From contig JBAXKC010000037.1 in NCBI GenBank assembly GCA_037137535.1, forward strand, positions 1 to 23,988: a stretch of DNA of 23,988 nucleotides, in the 5' to 3' direction. The position numbers and the translations under genes are program-made. Under the pieces are notes generated by a model that searched no databases, was not told the origin of the DNA, and worked only from the letters and a program-made list of their open reading frames with translations. Of the stretch, positions 7,477 through 16,580 are shown piece by piece (the first letter of the stretch is position 1; the number at the start of each line of letters is the position of its first letter). Origin of the DNA: a bacterium. Lineage in GTDB: Bacteria; Cyanobacteriota; Vampirovibrionia; Gastranaerophilales; JBAXKC01.

Positions 7477-10400
7477 ATGATTTTAAGCAATATTTTTATG
7501 AATATAAATAACTATGCTTATTTTGCCGTTCAAAATATTTATGGTTTTTATAATCTTTTAATTTTCAAACTTTTTATACTTTATTTTTTATTTGCAATAT
7601 CAATAAAATCATATAAACTGTTTAAAAATAAAAATTCCATAAAAATGTTGCTTATTGGAGTAGGTTTTTTATTTGCGAGTATTTTTCATTTATTCCATTT
7701 ATACTATTTTATTTCAGATCAATTTTTATTAGTTCATAATTCAAATTATCAAATCTTAGAATATATATATCCTGTATTGTCAGATATATTAATGGCTTTT
7801 TCTATTTTACTCAGCTTAATTCAACCAAAATCAGTCGAAACAATTCAAACTATTTCAAAGACAAAAAAGAATTTTATAGCTTTTTTAAGTTTATTTGTCT
7901 TGTTTATTATTTTAAGTTTGGAAACACTCAGTCGTGTGTCCCCTGAGTCTTTTAATTTTTATATTTCAAGATTTCTTTTATATAATCCTGCCTTTGATGT
8001 TATTGATAATGCAGTATTTTTCTTATCCGCTTATATTTATTATGATTTAAAAAAGCAAGAAGAAAAACCATTTTTCACTCCTGTTTTTAGTGTGTTATTA
8101 CTAATATCAATGCTTAAATTTTATTTTGTCACTCCTGAATATCGAACCTTACTTGAAAGTTTAATTGTAACTTATTCAAAATTAATCTTTTCTTTTATTT
8201 TATTTATAAATCTTGAAGATTTAGATTTTACAAATAAATTTTTTGGAATAAGACAAAAAGTATTAATTTATACCTCTCTGTTATTAACTTCATTTTATTT
8301 TATTTTATTGCTAACAATAACCGCTTTCACTAACGTTATATTTAACTTTTCCATTGAATATGTATTTGCAGCTTTCTATATTATTGCACTATTTATAATT
8401 TATATTTTTACAGCTAGTATCACAACACAATTTGATAAACTTATGAAAAATCTTGAAAATATTACTCCTAATCAAAGACATTTTACTTTAAATATAAAAA
8501 ACTCGGATGAAGTAGGTATTCTTGCAGATAAAATTAATAGTATATTTAACATGATAGAGTCTTATGCTAATAAAGAAGAAGGTATAAGAAATTTATTGAT
8601 TTCATTGGTTCGTTCTGTTGATAAAAAAGATGTAATAAGAAATATTGTTGTACAGACGGGTCTTTTATTTAATGCTGATAGAGTTTTCTTTGTAGAATAT
8701 GATGCTGAAAATGACAATTATTTACCTGTAAATGATTATCAGATTTTTGTTAATAATTTACAGGCAAAAAAATTAAAAGGAATAGAATTTTTAAAATCAG
8801 AAATTAATCCATTTACATTGAATCTGTTTTACAGGAGAGAAGTAATTGCTGTAAATAATGTAGATGAAATCTCTTTGCCTGATATTACTTTAGAATTAAT
8901 AAAAAAATTAGAAGTTAAATCGTTTATAATTGCTCCTCTAATTTATATGGAAAAACCTTTGGGTTTTTTATTTATTAATTTTATAAAAGAACAAAAAGAA
9001 TTTTCTACGAGTGATATTGAATTAATGAGAACAATATCAAGCCAATCAGCTGCGGCAATTAAACAATCCTCATTATTTAATGAAATAAGCGAAAAAATTG
9101 AAACAGAAAATTTTCTGAGAAAAATTATAAATGAAGTGTTACAGAGTAAAAATATTAATAATGCTTTAGAAAATATTGTAAAAGAAGTGGGTACTTATTT
9201 GAATGCAGATAGAACTGTTTTCAGGTTTTTTGATAAAAATTTAAGTGTTTTTTCTGATGTTATTGCAGAATATGTTAAAGATGTCTCAATTCCTTCTCTT
9301 CTTGGAAAAAATTCTAATAGCAAAGATTTAGACAATTGTATTATAAAAGCTATTTTAGCAAAAGAACAAAGCATTATAATAAATAATATTGAAGAATATG
9401 AAAAATTTTGTCATTATAAAGAAGACTTAGAACTTAGAGGGGTAAAATCAGCAATTATCTTACCTGTTTTAAATAAAGAGGATGAACCAGTAGGTATTTT
9501 AATAATATCTACAATAAAAAATCATAGAGAATGGAAAACTGAAGAAATAGAACTCTTAAAGCCTGTTGTTCAGCAAATTTCTATCGGTATTGATTTATTC
9601 AAATTGCATTCACTTCTTGAAAGTTCACTTGATTCAGAAAGAACTATTAGAGATTTGATTTTACATTCAAGAAATGTTAATAATCATGATGATATATTTG
9701 ATTATTTTCTTAAAAAAGCATTACATTTATATAATGCGGATAGATTGCTTCATTTACATTATACGCCCAATAAGATCGTTAATGTCATGAATGAGGCATT
9801 AAAAGATAATTCTCATAACTCATTATTAAACAAACATTTACCCTTATTAGAATATTTAGACGATATTTATTCACAACGAAATGAAAACGTAATAGTGGTA
9901 AAAGATATTGAGAATGACGATCTAAATGAAGAGCTTAAGGTCTTTTTCAGGCAAAATAAGATATGTTCATTTATTCTTTATCCACATATTAACAGGGATA
10001 ATCAATTTATAAATATAGACCCTAATAACCCTTTTACTTCAAGTAATATGATTTGTTCTTCAACTCCAAGATTTTGGACAGATGAAGAAATTGATGTACT
10101 TAAATTAATGATTGATAATGTTACACTTATTTATTTTGAAAATCAAAAACGTATAAATACAGAAGAAATAAGAAAAACATTTTTTGCCACGCTGACACAT
10201 GACCTGAGAAGTCCAATTATCGCAGAACAAAAAGCATTAGAATATATGATGTCAAAAGGCTCTGCTCTCAATAGTGCAACTTATATTGAATATTTACGTG
10301 ATATTTATAAAACCAATGAGGATTTACTAAGAATTGTCAACAATATTCTCTCTGTTTATCACTATGATACTGAAAAACATGAATTAAACAGACAAAAAAT

Positions 10401-10830
10401 AAATATTGGTTTAATTGTAGATAAATCTATAAGAACTGTAAGGCATTTAGCGGCAGATCAAAATGATGAATTAATTATTAATATTCCTGATAATTTGCCT
10501 CAAATTGCAGTAGATGAAAATGAGATAAGCAGAGTTATTTCAAATTTAATTTATAATGCAATAACTCACAATCGCAAAGGAATTAAAATTACCGTATCCG
10601 CAAGGCAAGAAGGGACTAATATCATAACTTCAATATCAGATACAGGCGAAGGTATTTCTGTAGAAGATCAATTTAAGATATTTCAACGCTATCCTACAGA
10701 AAAAAGAAAAATTGGAACAGGTTTGGGTTTATATTTATCTAAGCAAATTATAGAAGCGCATGGTGGGACAATATGGTTTGAGTCAGAAGTTGGCAAAGGC
10801 ACAACCTTTAGTTTTAGTCTTTCAGCCTAG
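7477..10830 (+). CDS. Membrane sensor histidine kinase: multi-TM (MASE3-like) - HAMP - 3x GAF - HisKA - HATPase_c
   Basis: Hydrophobic N-terminal ~310 aa; HAMP SDEVGILADKIN; three NADR-initiated GAF repeats; H-box TLTHDLRSP (H908); N-box NLIYNA; G1 DTGEGI; G2 GTGLGL; GKGTTFSFSL. Confidence 0.95.
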   Translation: MILSNIFMNINNYAYFAVQNIYGFYNLLIFKLFILYFLFAISIKSYKLFKNKNSIKMLLIGVGFLFASIFHLFHLYYFISDQFLLVHNSNYQILEYIYPVLSDILMAFSILLSLIQPKSVETIQTISKTKKNFIAFLSLFVLFIILSLETLSRVSPESFNFYISRFLLYNPAFDVIDNAVFFLSAYIYYDLKKQEEKPFFTPVFSVLLLISMLKFYFVTPEYRTLLESLIVTYSKLIFSFILFINLEDLDFTNKFFGIRQKVLIYTSLLLTSFYFILLLTITAFTNVIFNFSIEYVFAAFYIIALFIIYIFTASITTQFDKLMKNLENITPNQRHFTLNIKNSDEVGILADKINSIFNMIESYANKEEGIRNLLISLVRSVDKKDVIRNIVVQTGLLFNADRVFFVEYDAENDNYLPVNDYQIFVNNLQAKKLKGIEFLKSEINPFTLNLFYRREVIAVNNVDEISLPDITLELIKKLEVKSFIIAPLIYMEKPLGFLFINFIKEQKEFSTSDIELMRTISSQSAAAIKQSSLFNEISEKIETENFLRKIINEVLQSKNINNALENIVKEVGTYLNADRTVFRFFDKNLSVFSDVIAEYVKDVSIPSLLGKNSNSKDLDNCIIKAILAKEQSIIINNIEEYEKFCHYKEDLELRGVKSAIILPVLNKEDEPVGILIISTIKNHREWKTEEIELLKPVVQQISIGIDLFKLHSLLESSLDSERTIRDLILHSRNVNNHDDIFDYFLKKALHLYNADRLLHLHYTPNKIVNVMNEALKDNSHNSLLNKHLPLLEYLDDIYSQRNENVIVVKDIENDDLNEELKVFFRQNKICSFILYPHINRDNQFINIDPNNPFTSSNMICSSTPRFWTDEEIDVLKLMIDNVTLIYFENQKRINTEEIRKTFFATLTHDLRSPIIAEQKALEYMMSKGSALNSATYIEYLRDIYKTNEDLLRIVNNILSVYHYDTEKHELNRQKINIGLIVDKSIRTVRHLAADQNDELIINIPDNLPQIAVDENEISRVISNLIYNAITHNRKGIKITVSARQEGTNIITSISDTGEGISVEDQFKIFQRYPTEKRKIGTGLGLYLSKQIIEAHGGTIWFESEVGKGTTFSFSLSA

Positions 10831-10839
10831 AATTTCAAT

Positions 10840-10876
10840 AAAAATGACCTTTGCTTTATACACAAAGGTCATTTTT
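10840..10876. terminator. Bidirectional intrinsic terminator between the convergent kinase and OFOR beta genes
   Basis: AAAAATGACCTTTG / CAAAGGTCATTTTT perfect inverted repeat giving T tracts on both strands. Confidence 0.85.
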
Positions 10877-10900
10877 TATAAGCTATAAACTTAATATTAT

Positions 10901-11761
10901 CTATGCAAATTGCTTCATAATATCTTGAATTGTGTAACTTCCTGTCGGAGATTGAGCTTGACACTTATTTCTTACATTTTCAAGTTTTTCTTCAAAAGTT
11001 GGTTTTACAACATCATAGAAAAGACCTGTATATAAGTAATCATCGGTAAATGCCAGTTTCATTCCTGAAATTTTATCTTTTGTATCATGATCTTCAGGAA
11101 GTTTTTTAATTCTCTCTTTAACTGATTCATAAGTAACTTTTTTATTGTACTGAACACAAGGCGAAATAATATGAACAAAAGAGAATCCAGGATGATTAAG
11201 AGCTTTTACAATTAATTCTTTCATCTGAGGAAGATCGCTTGAGAAACTTCTTGCTACAAATGACGCATCAAACGAAAGAGCCATAAGAACAGGGTTTATT
11301 CTCTCTTCAATTGATTCATAAGGGTTAATTTTTGTAAGAAGATCGCTGTGTGAAGTCGGAGAGTTTTGTCCTTTTGTAAGACCGTAAATCTCATTATCCA
11401 TAACGATATATGTGATATTAGGGTTTTTTCTTGCTGCGTGAATAAAGTGGTTTCCGCCAATGCTGAATCCATCTCCGTCACCACCAACAACTACAACATT
11501 TTTAGCACCTTTTGAAGCCGCTTTTACACCTGTTGCAACGGGTAAAGCTCTTCCATGAATGGAGTGAAAACCGTAGGTATTAGCGAAGTATGGCAGTCTG
11601 CTTGAACAACCGATACCTGATACTAAAACAGTATCATCTGGTTCATATTCTAATTCGGCAAAAGACTGAAATAATGCAGTCAATACGCCATAATCACCGC
11701 AACCTGGGCACCAGCTCGGTTTAATATTACTTTTATAATCATTTGCTGTTTTACTAGACAC
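10901..11761 (-). CDS. korB: 2-oxoacid:ferredoxin oxidoreductase beta subunit (TPP-binding)
   Basis: WCPGCGD, SGIGCSSR, HGRALP, GDGDGFSIGGNH, DNEIYGLTKGQ, SPC; substrate specificity cannot be determined from sequence alone. Confidence 0.95.
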   Translation of the reverse strand: MSSKTANDYKSNIKPSWCPGCGDYGVLTALFQSFAELEYEPDDTVLVSGIGCSSRLPYFANTYGFHSIHGRALPVATGVKAASKGAKNVVVVGGDGDGFSIGGNHFIHAARKNPNITYIVMDNEIYGLTKGQNSPTSHSDLLTKINPYESIEERINPVLMALSFDASFVARSFSSDLPQMKELIVKALNHPGFSFVHIISPCVQYNKKVTYESVKERIKKLPEDHDTKDKISGMKLAFTDDYLYTGLFYDVVKPTFEEKLENVRNKCQAQSPTGSYTIQDIMKQFA

Positions 11762-11812
11762 TTTTATAATCCTTTCTTAAAATTAGTTCTTTAATGATCT
11801 AATAATAAATTT

Positions 11813-13603
11813 CTATAACGAAGTTCCATGTTGATGAACGGTAAATTTAAGAGATTGTCCTCTAATAACGAGTTCAATTTTGTTATAAATTTCTCTTGAG
11901 GTAAAAGGTTCACCGTTATATTTCTGGAAGTTATAGATTTTAAGGTCTTTATTCATACAAGTACATCTATAAACGATGGTATTAGCAAACTGTGCACTAT
12001 AGTTTCTTTCAAGAATTATTAAAATTTCTTTATCTTCAATAAAGTCATTTATCCACTTATTAGGGAACGGATAAACTGTTCTTGGGTATAAAGCCTGAAT
12101 GCTGTAACCATTTTCAGCAGCCATGTCGATAGCTTCAAGAACAGGAGCAGAAGTGCTTCCCCAACCGATAATACCGATTTTTGCATCGTCAGGACCGTAT
12201 TTTTTAGCAGCTCTAAAATCATGAGTCGCTGTCTCAAGTTTTTTAAACCTTTTCTCAGTCATAGCAGCGTGAATATCAGCTGCATATGATGGAGATGAAC
12301 CTTCATTATGCTCGAGACCTGTCGCAATATATGCTCCGCCTTTGACACCAGGTTCTGACATTGGTGAGACACCACTATGTGTATGACAATATCTTGTATA
12401 TTTTTTAGTTTCATCAGTTTGAGTATATTTTTGTCTGTCGATAATTTCAAGATTTTCAATATCAATCATATCAACACATTCTCTTCTTTGACTTAATGAA
12501 GCATCAGAAAGAAGAATTACAGGAACTTGATATTTTTCTGCAAAGTTAAAAGCGTTAATTGTCTGATAGAAGCAATCTTCAACATCAATAGGAGCAATAA
12601 CGATTTTTGGTGTATCGCCATGAGTTCCGTATATCGCCATATTTAAGTCAGATTGTTCTGTTTTTGTCGGTAATCCTGTACTTGGACCGCCTCTTTGAAC
12701 ATCAACAATAACAAGTGGAATTTCAGCCATTGACGCAAGTCCGATAGCCTCAGACATTAGTGATAGCCCAGGTCCGCTTGTTGCAGTAAAAGCTTTTGCT
12801 CCGCCATAAGAAGCACCGATTGCAGCCGTTATTGCAGCAATTTCATCTTCGCATTGAATTACATCACCACCAACTTTTGGCATTTCTCTAGCGAGCCATT
12901 CCATAATTTCAGTAGCAGGAGTAATCGGATAACCTGAGTAAAATCTACAACCTGCAACCAATGCGGCTAATGCAATAGCTTCATTTCCACTCATGATAAG
13001 TTTTTTACCAGATGGAACCATGTCAACCGATTCTAAATTATTATATTGAGCAAGATTTTCTCTGGCATAATCATAACCTGCCTGAAGAGCAGTAATGTTA
13101 AGATTAATAACATCTTCGCCTTTAGCGGCATATCTTGTTCTTACATCGTCTTTTAATTGGTCTAAGAATTGAACTTTAGGAAGTAATCCAGCTAAAACAC
13201 CAAGTGAAACCATGTTTTTTGCTCTAGCATTATTACAATCCTTAGCAATTTTAGCTATTGGCACAAAGTGTTTTGTTATATTTCTGTAATCATCAAGATT
13301 ACAAGCTTCTTCGGAGTTGTCATAAATAACAATACCGCCTGTTTTAAGCTCGCCTATATTGTCCATTAATGTTTTTTCATTGAGAGCAATTAAAACATCG
13401 CAAACATCAGAAGGTGTAAGGACTTTTTTGTCACTCATTCTAAATTGAAATAAACTTTGTCCGCCACCGCGAATTTCTGCGGGGAATGATCTGTATGTAG
13501 TTACATACAATCCATGTCTTGCTGTTGCAAGTGTAAATATGTCACCTGCGCTAATGACTCCGTCACCTGCTGTTCCTACCAGTCTTACTACTAATTCAGG
13601 CAT
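11813..13603 (-). CDS. korA: 2-oxoacid:acceptor oxidoreductase alpha subunit (gamma-alpha fusion)
   Basis: GTAGDGVISAG, SFPAEIRGG, GNEAIA, GYPITPATE, EDEIAA, TATSGPG, QRGGPSTGLPTKTEQSD. Confidence 0.95.
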   Translation of the reverse strand: MPELVVRLVGTAGDGVISAGDIFTLATARHGLYVTTYRSFPAEIRGGGQSLFQFRMSDKKVLTPSDVCDVLIALNEKTLMDNIGELKTGGIVIYDNSEEACNLDDYRNITKHFVPIAKIAKDCNNARAKNMVSLGVLAGLLPKVQFLDQLKDDVRTRYAAKGEDVINLNITALQAGYDYARENLAQYNNLESVDMVPSGKKLIMSGNEAIALAALVAGCRFYSGYPITPATEIMEWLAREMPKVGGDVIQCEDEIAAITAAIGASYGGAKAFTATSGPGLSLMSEAIGLASMAEIPLVIVDVQRGGPSTGLPTKTEQSDLNMAIYGTHGDTPKIVIAPIDVEDCFYQTINAFNFAEKYQVPVILLSDASLSQRRECVDMIDIENLEIIDRQKYTQTDETKKYTRYCHTHSGVSPMSEPGVKGGAYIATGLEHNEGSSPSYAADIHAAMTEKRFKKLETATHDFRAAKKYGPDDAKIGIIGWGSTSAPVLEAIDMAAENGYSIQALYPRTVYPFPNKWINDFIEDKEILIILERNYSAQFANTIVYRCTCMNKDLKIYNFQKYNGEPFTSREIYNKIELVIRGQSLKFTVHQHGTSL

Positions 13604-13651
13604 AGTTTCATAGTTCCTTTAGCTATTAACTCTAACATTGGTGTTTAAATA

Positions 13652-13680
13652 GTTGTACTGCTACTATAAAAATATTTCAA
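13652..13680 (-). promoter_or_regulatory. Putative sigma70 promoter of the OFOR operon
   Basis: Minus strand TTGAAA, 17-nt spacer, TACAAC, about 50 nt upstream of the korA ATG. Confidence 0.3.
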
Positions 13681-13729
13681 CCTTTTTTTATAAGTTCTTA
13701 ATAAAATAATTAATATTATAAAAAAATTT

Positions 13730-14833
13730 TTATGGCTTTGTTTTTTCAAGTATTTCAGGATTTTCTACCCATATCACAAGATAAGGAATAGAGCTTTTAT
13801 TTTCTTTCATATAAAGAAGAAACGGTTTATTAAAGGTCAAGTTTTTTATTTGTCGTGAAATTAAAGCACAACCCGCTTTTACCTCTATTTTTGATTCAGA
13901 TTTTAATATTGCGCCCTTTTCATCAAGCTTAAACTTTGTGTCCTGTGTTGCCTTAGCTATGAAATATTTAATATTTTTATTTGGTTTAAAATTAGTATTT
14001 AAAAGCTCCTTGCCTATAAATTCTTTATAGCTGTGACCTATATTAAATTTTATTATAGGAATTTTAACGGAATCACCTTCTGTTAAATAGGTTTCTTTGT
14101 TTTGAGAAATTAATCTTTGAGAATAATTCAATGTAGCGGATAAAGTTTCTTTTTTAGGTAATTCTGCTAATAAAATATCGTCTTTAGCTGTTTTTAACTT
14201 TAAAATGAATTCATTATCATTTTTATAATATGGAATTGAAACTTGTTCTGCCAATTTATTATTTGTTGAAGAATCAAAGCTGTTTATTCCAAATGCTGAC
14301 ACATAAGACTTTTTATTATTTGATTTAAACTCAATAGGGTTAATTAAACGTTCAAAAGCTGTATTAAAATATAATTCTTTATATAGAAAGGAATAAGCAA
14401 ATATATCATAATAGCCAATTTTTTCATTTACTACAGGGGCATTATTTTTAAATTTCATTCTTAATTCATTATTTATTTTTTTTACAATATCATCTTTGCC
14501 AAACCCTGCCATAGCAACATAACTACTTTCTTCCAAAGCATTTTCAGGAAATTCTTGTTTATTTAAAATAGTTGCAGTAGTGGGAGGTTGAAGAAGTTTT
14601 ATTTCTTCTTTAATTATATTCTTTTTAAGCGAAGCCCATGCCATTTGAAAAGTAGAGCAGTAAATTATATTTTTATCATTTATTTTTTCTAATAAATGTG
14701 GAGTTATTTGTGTAGAAGAAAGTTTAGTTGAGTCTATTTTTTCATCTTTAGCTATTTGAGAAAAAGCATTAGCCGAAACACCAACAATAAAACAGAATAA
14801 CAAACTTCCCGTTAATAATTTATATTTATTCAT
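13730..14833 (-). CDS. Secreted hypothetical protein with divergent serpin-like features
   Basis: Sec signal (MNKYKLLTGSLLFCFIVGVSANA); C-terminal serpin-like segments VKIPIIKF, FKLDEKGA, LTFNKPFLLYMKE, WVENP; size (367 aa) fits a serpin. Confidence 0.65.
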   Translation of the reverse strand: MNKYKLLTGSLLFCFIVGVSANAFSQIAKDEKIDSTKLSSTQITPHLLEKINDKNIIYCSTFQMAWASLKKNIIKEEIKLLQPPTTATILNKQEFPENALEESSYVAMAGFGKDDIVKKINNELRMKFKNNAPVVNEKIGYYDIFAYSFLYKELYFNTAFERLINPIEFKSNNKKSYVSAFGINSFDSSTNNKLAEQVSIPYYKNDNEFILKLKTAKDDILLAELPKKETLSATLNYSQRLISQNKETYLTEGDSVKIPIIKFNIGHSYKEFIGKELLNTNFKPNKNIKYFIAKATQDTKFKLDEKGAILKSESKIEVKAGCALISRQIKNLTFNKPFLLYMKENKSSIPYLVIWVENPEILEKTKP

Positions 14834-14879
14834 TAATTTATCCCTTTTACTTAAATAACTTAGATTGACTAATTAAAAA

Positions 14880-16484
14880 TTATCTTCCAGAAATTTCTTC
14901 ATAGCTTCCATCAGGTAATTGTATATTTCTTTTATGTGGATCATCAGCATTAAATTTAGTAATTAAATCAGTTATTTTAGGATTATTTGTTTTTATAGCC
15001 TCTAAAGAATCACCTGTCTTATTTTGGAATAAAGACTTCTGATATAAATATCTCATGTCATTTAATGTAATTCCAGAATTTTGCTCTAATGTTTTAATTA
15101 TAGAATTATCTATATCATTTAACTCTAACTTTGAATCTGATAATATCTGTTTAATTCTCTCATTGTATGGAATTAATTCAGGTTGCTCTTTTTGAATATA
15201 CAAATTCAAATTTTTAGCGTGCTCTGCAAAAGGACTATAAATCATACATGTTAAATTTTCTTCAGTAACGCCTAATCTTTCTTTATAAAAATTTAAAACT
15301 TTTTGCTTCATATTATTTATTTTTTTGGGAGAATTGTATAACTCAGTTTGAGCTTTAATTAAGTCTTGAGGGAATTCTTTAGATTTCATCACAGGTAATG
15401 CTAATTGATCTATATATTCCTTTACTCCTTCCTCATAACTACGATTATGTAATTTTTCAACTCTTATTCCTCTTAAAACAGCCATTAATGCTGGAGCGGA
15501 ACAATCACTTTCGGTAAATGAAAAACTTAAATCATCAGAATTGAATTTAAAGCCAAGAAATTCATCTAACAATTTTCTATGAGAATTCAAGTCATATTTT
15601 GTATCACCATAAATTGTATAAAGAATTGGAATTTTTTGTCCTTTTGCAAGTTTAGGCATTTCATATCTATTAAGCCCGTTTTCACCATGGATTTCTTCAT
15701 TATATTTCTTTGAAACAGTATTAATGTCATCCATGTAATCCATAAAGCCTTTTTTCCTCTGAGTATTTTCTTTCCCCGTAACAAATTCAACTAAATTATT
15801 AATCCATTTTTTATAGTGGACTATTTCCTTTAATGAATCCCCTGTTATTATTAAATCCACACCGTTTCCATGTGTTATTGCATGTGCTTCGCCTTTTTGC
15901 ATATATCCGTTACAGAAATCGCAATAAAGTCTTCTACCTTCTCCGTTAGTTAGATTTCCTGCCATTAAAAGGTCTTTTCTGTCCCTTTGTATAACATTTT
16001 TAGGTATAGGTAATTTTATTATAGGTAACTTTTTAGTAAGTTGAGTTAATTGATCATCATCAGCAACAAATAACTCGACAAATTTATCTTTATACATTCC
16101 TAACTTTATAAAGACATTATGCACATTATTCATAACAGTATCAGGCATATGTGATTGTCGATTTGTAATTGTTCGAATATTAAAAGTTTTATTATTTTCA
16201 ATTGGCTTTAACAGTTTTAATTGAATATAACGTACAAAGGCAGTCATGTAAGAACTGTCTTTACCTCCACCATAAGTAACAAGAACCGTTTTTTGATCAA
16301 TATTTTCTTTTGTTGCATGTAAAGTGTCCATTAATTTTTTCAGTGATAAATCAGCTTCATTAATGCCTTTTTCTCCAAGATAATGCTCAAGTTGATTAAA
16401 CACCTTTTTTTGTGCTGAATTTAGTGCTTTAAAACCCATTTGAGACTTTAAATCAGTTCTATTAGAATTAATTGTATTTAACAT
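14880..16484 (-). CDS. Uncharacterised PP-loop (adenine nucleotide alpha-hydrolase) superfamily protein
   Basis: VLVTYGGGKDSSY (SGGKDS-like), YCDFCN CxxC, VDLIITGDS, ESDC; polar N-terminal extension; SD AAGGA. Confidence 0.7.
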   Translation of the reverse strand: MLNTINSNRTDLKSQMGFKALNSAQKKVFNQLEHYLGEKGINEADLSLKKLMDTLHATKENIDQKTVLVTYGGGKDSSYMTAFVRYIQLKLLKPIENNKTFNIRTITNRQSHMPDTVMNNVHNVFIKLGMYKDKFVELFVADDDQLTQLTKKLPIIKLPIPKNVIQRDRKDLLMAGNLTNGEGRRLYCDFCNGYMQKGEAHAITHGNGVDLIITGDSLKEIVHYKKWINNLVEFVTGKENTQRKKGFMDYMDDINTVSKKYNEEIHGENGLNRYEMPKLAKGQKIPILYTIYGDTKYDLNSHRKLLDEFLGFKFNSDDLSFSFTESDCSAPALMAVLRGIRVEKLHNRSYEEGVKEYIDQLALPVMKSKEFPQDLIKAQTELYNSPKKINNMKQKVLNFYKERLGVTEENLTCMIYSPFAEHAKNLNLYIQKEQPELIPYNERIKQILSDSKLELNDIDNSIIKTLEQNSGITLNDMRYLYQKSLFQNKTGDSLEAIKTNNPKITDLITKFNADDPHKRNIQLPDGSYEEISGR

Positions 16485-16542
16485 TGAAAGTTCCTTGATT
16501 TTAACAAACTAAATTGAATTACATAATAATTATTAATTAAAA

Positions 16543-16574
16543 AACAAGCCCGCAATGATTTTTGCGGACTTGTT
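16543..16574 (-). terminator. Intrinsic terminator of thrS
   Basis: Minus strand AACAAGTCCGCAA-loop-TTGCGGGCTTGTT followed by TTTT, just after the thrS stop. Confidence 0.8.
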
Positions 16575-16580
16575 AAAAAT

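Noticed and set aside
11296-12465. Three short alternative-frame ORFs (11296-11490, 12049-12237, 12259-12465)
   Set aside because: Nested out of frame in intact korB/korA, with no motifs and no sign of a frameshift
15587-15790. 67-aa alternative-frame ORF
   Set aside because: Nested within the intact PP-loop gene; no independent support
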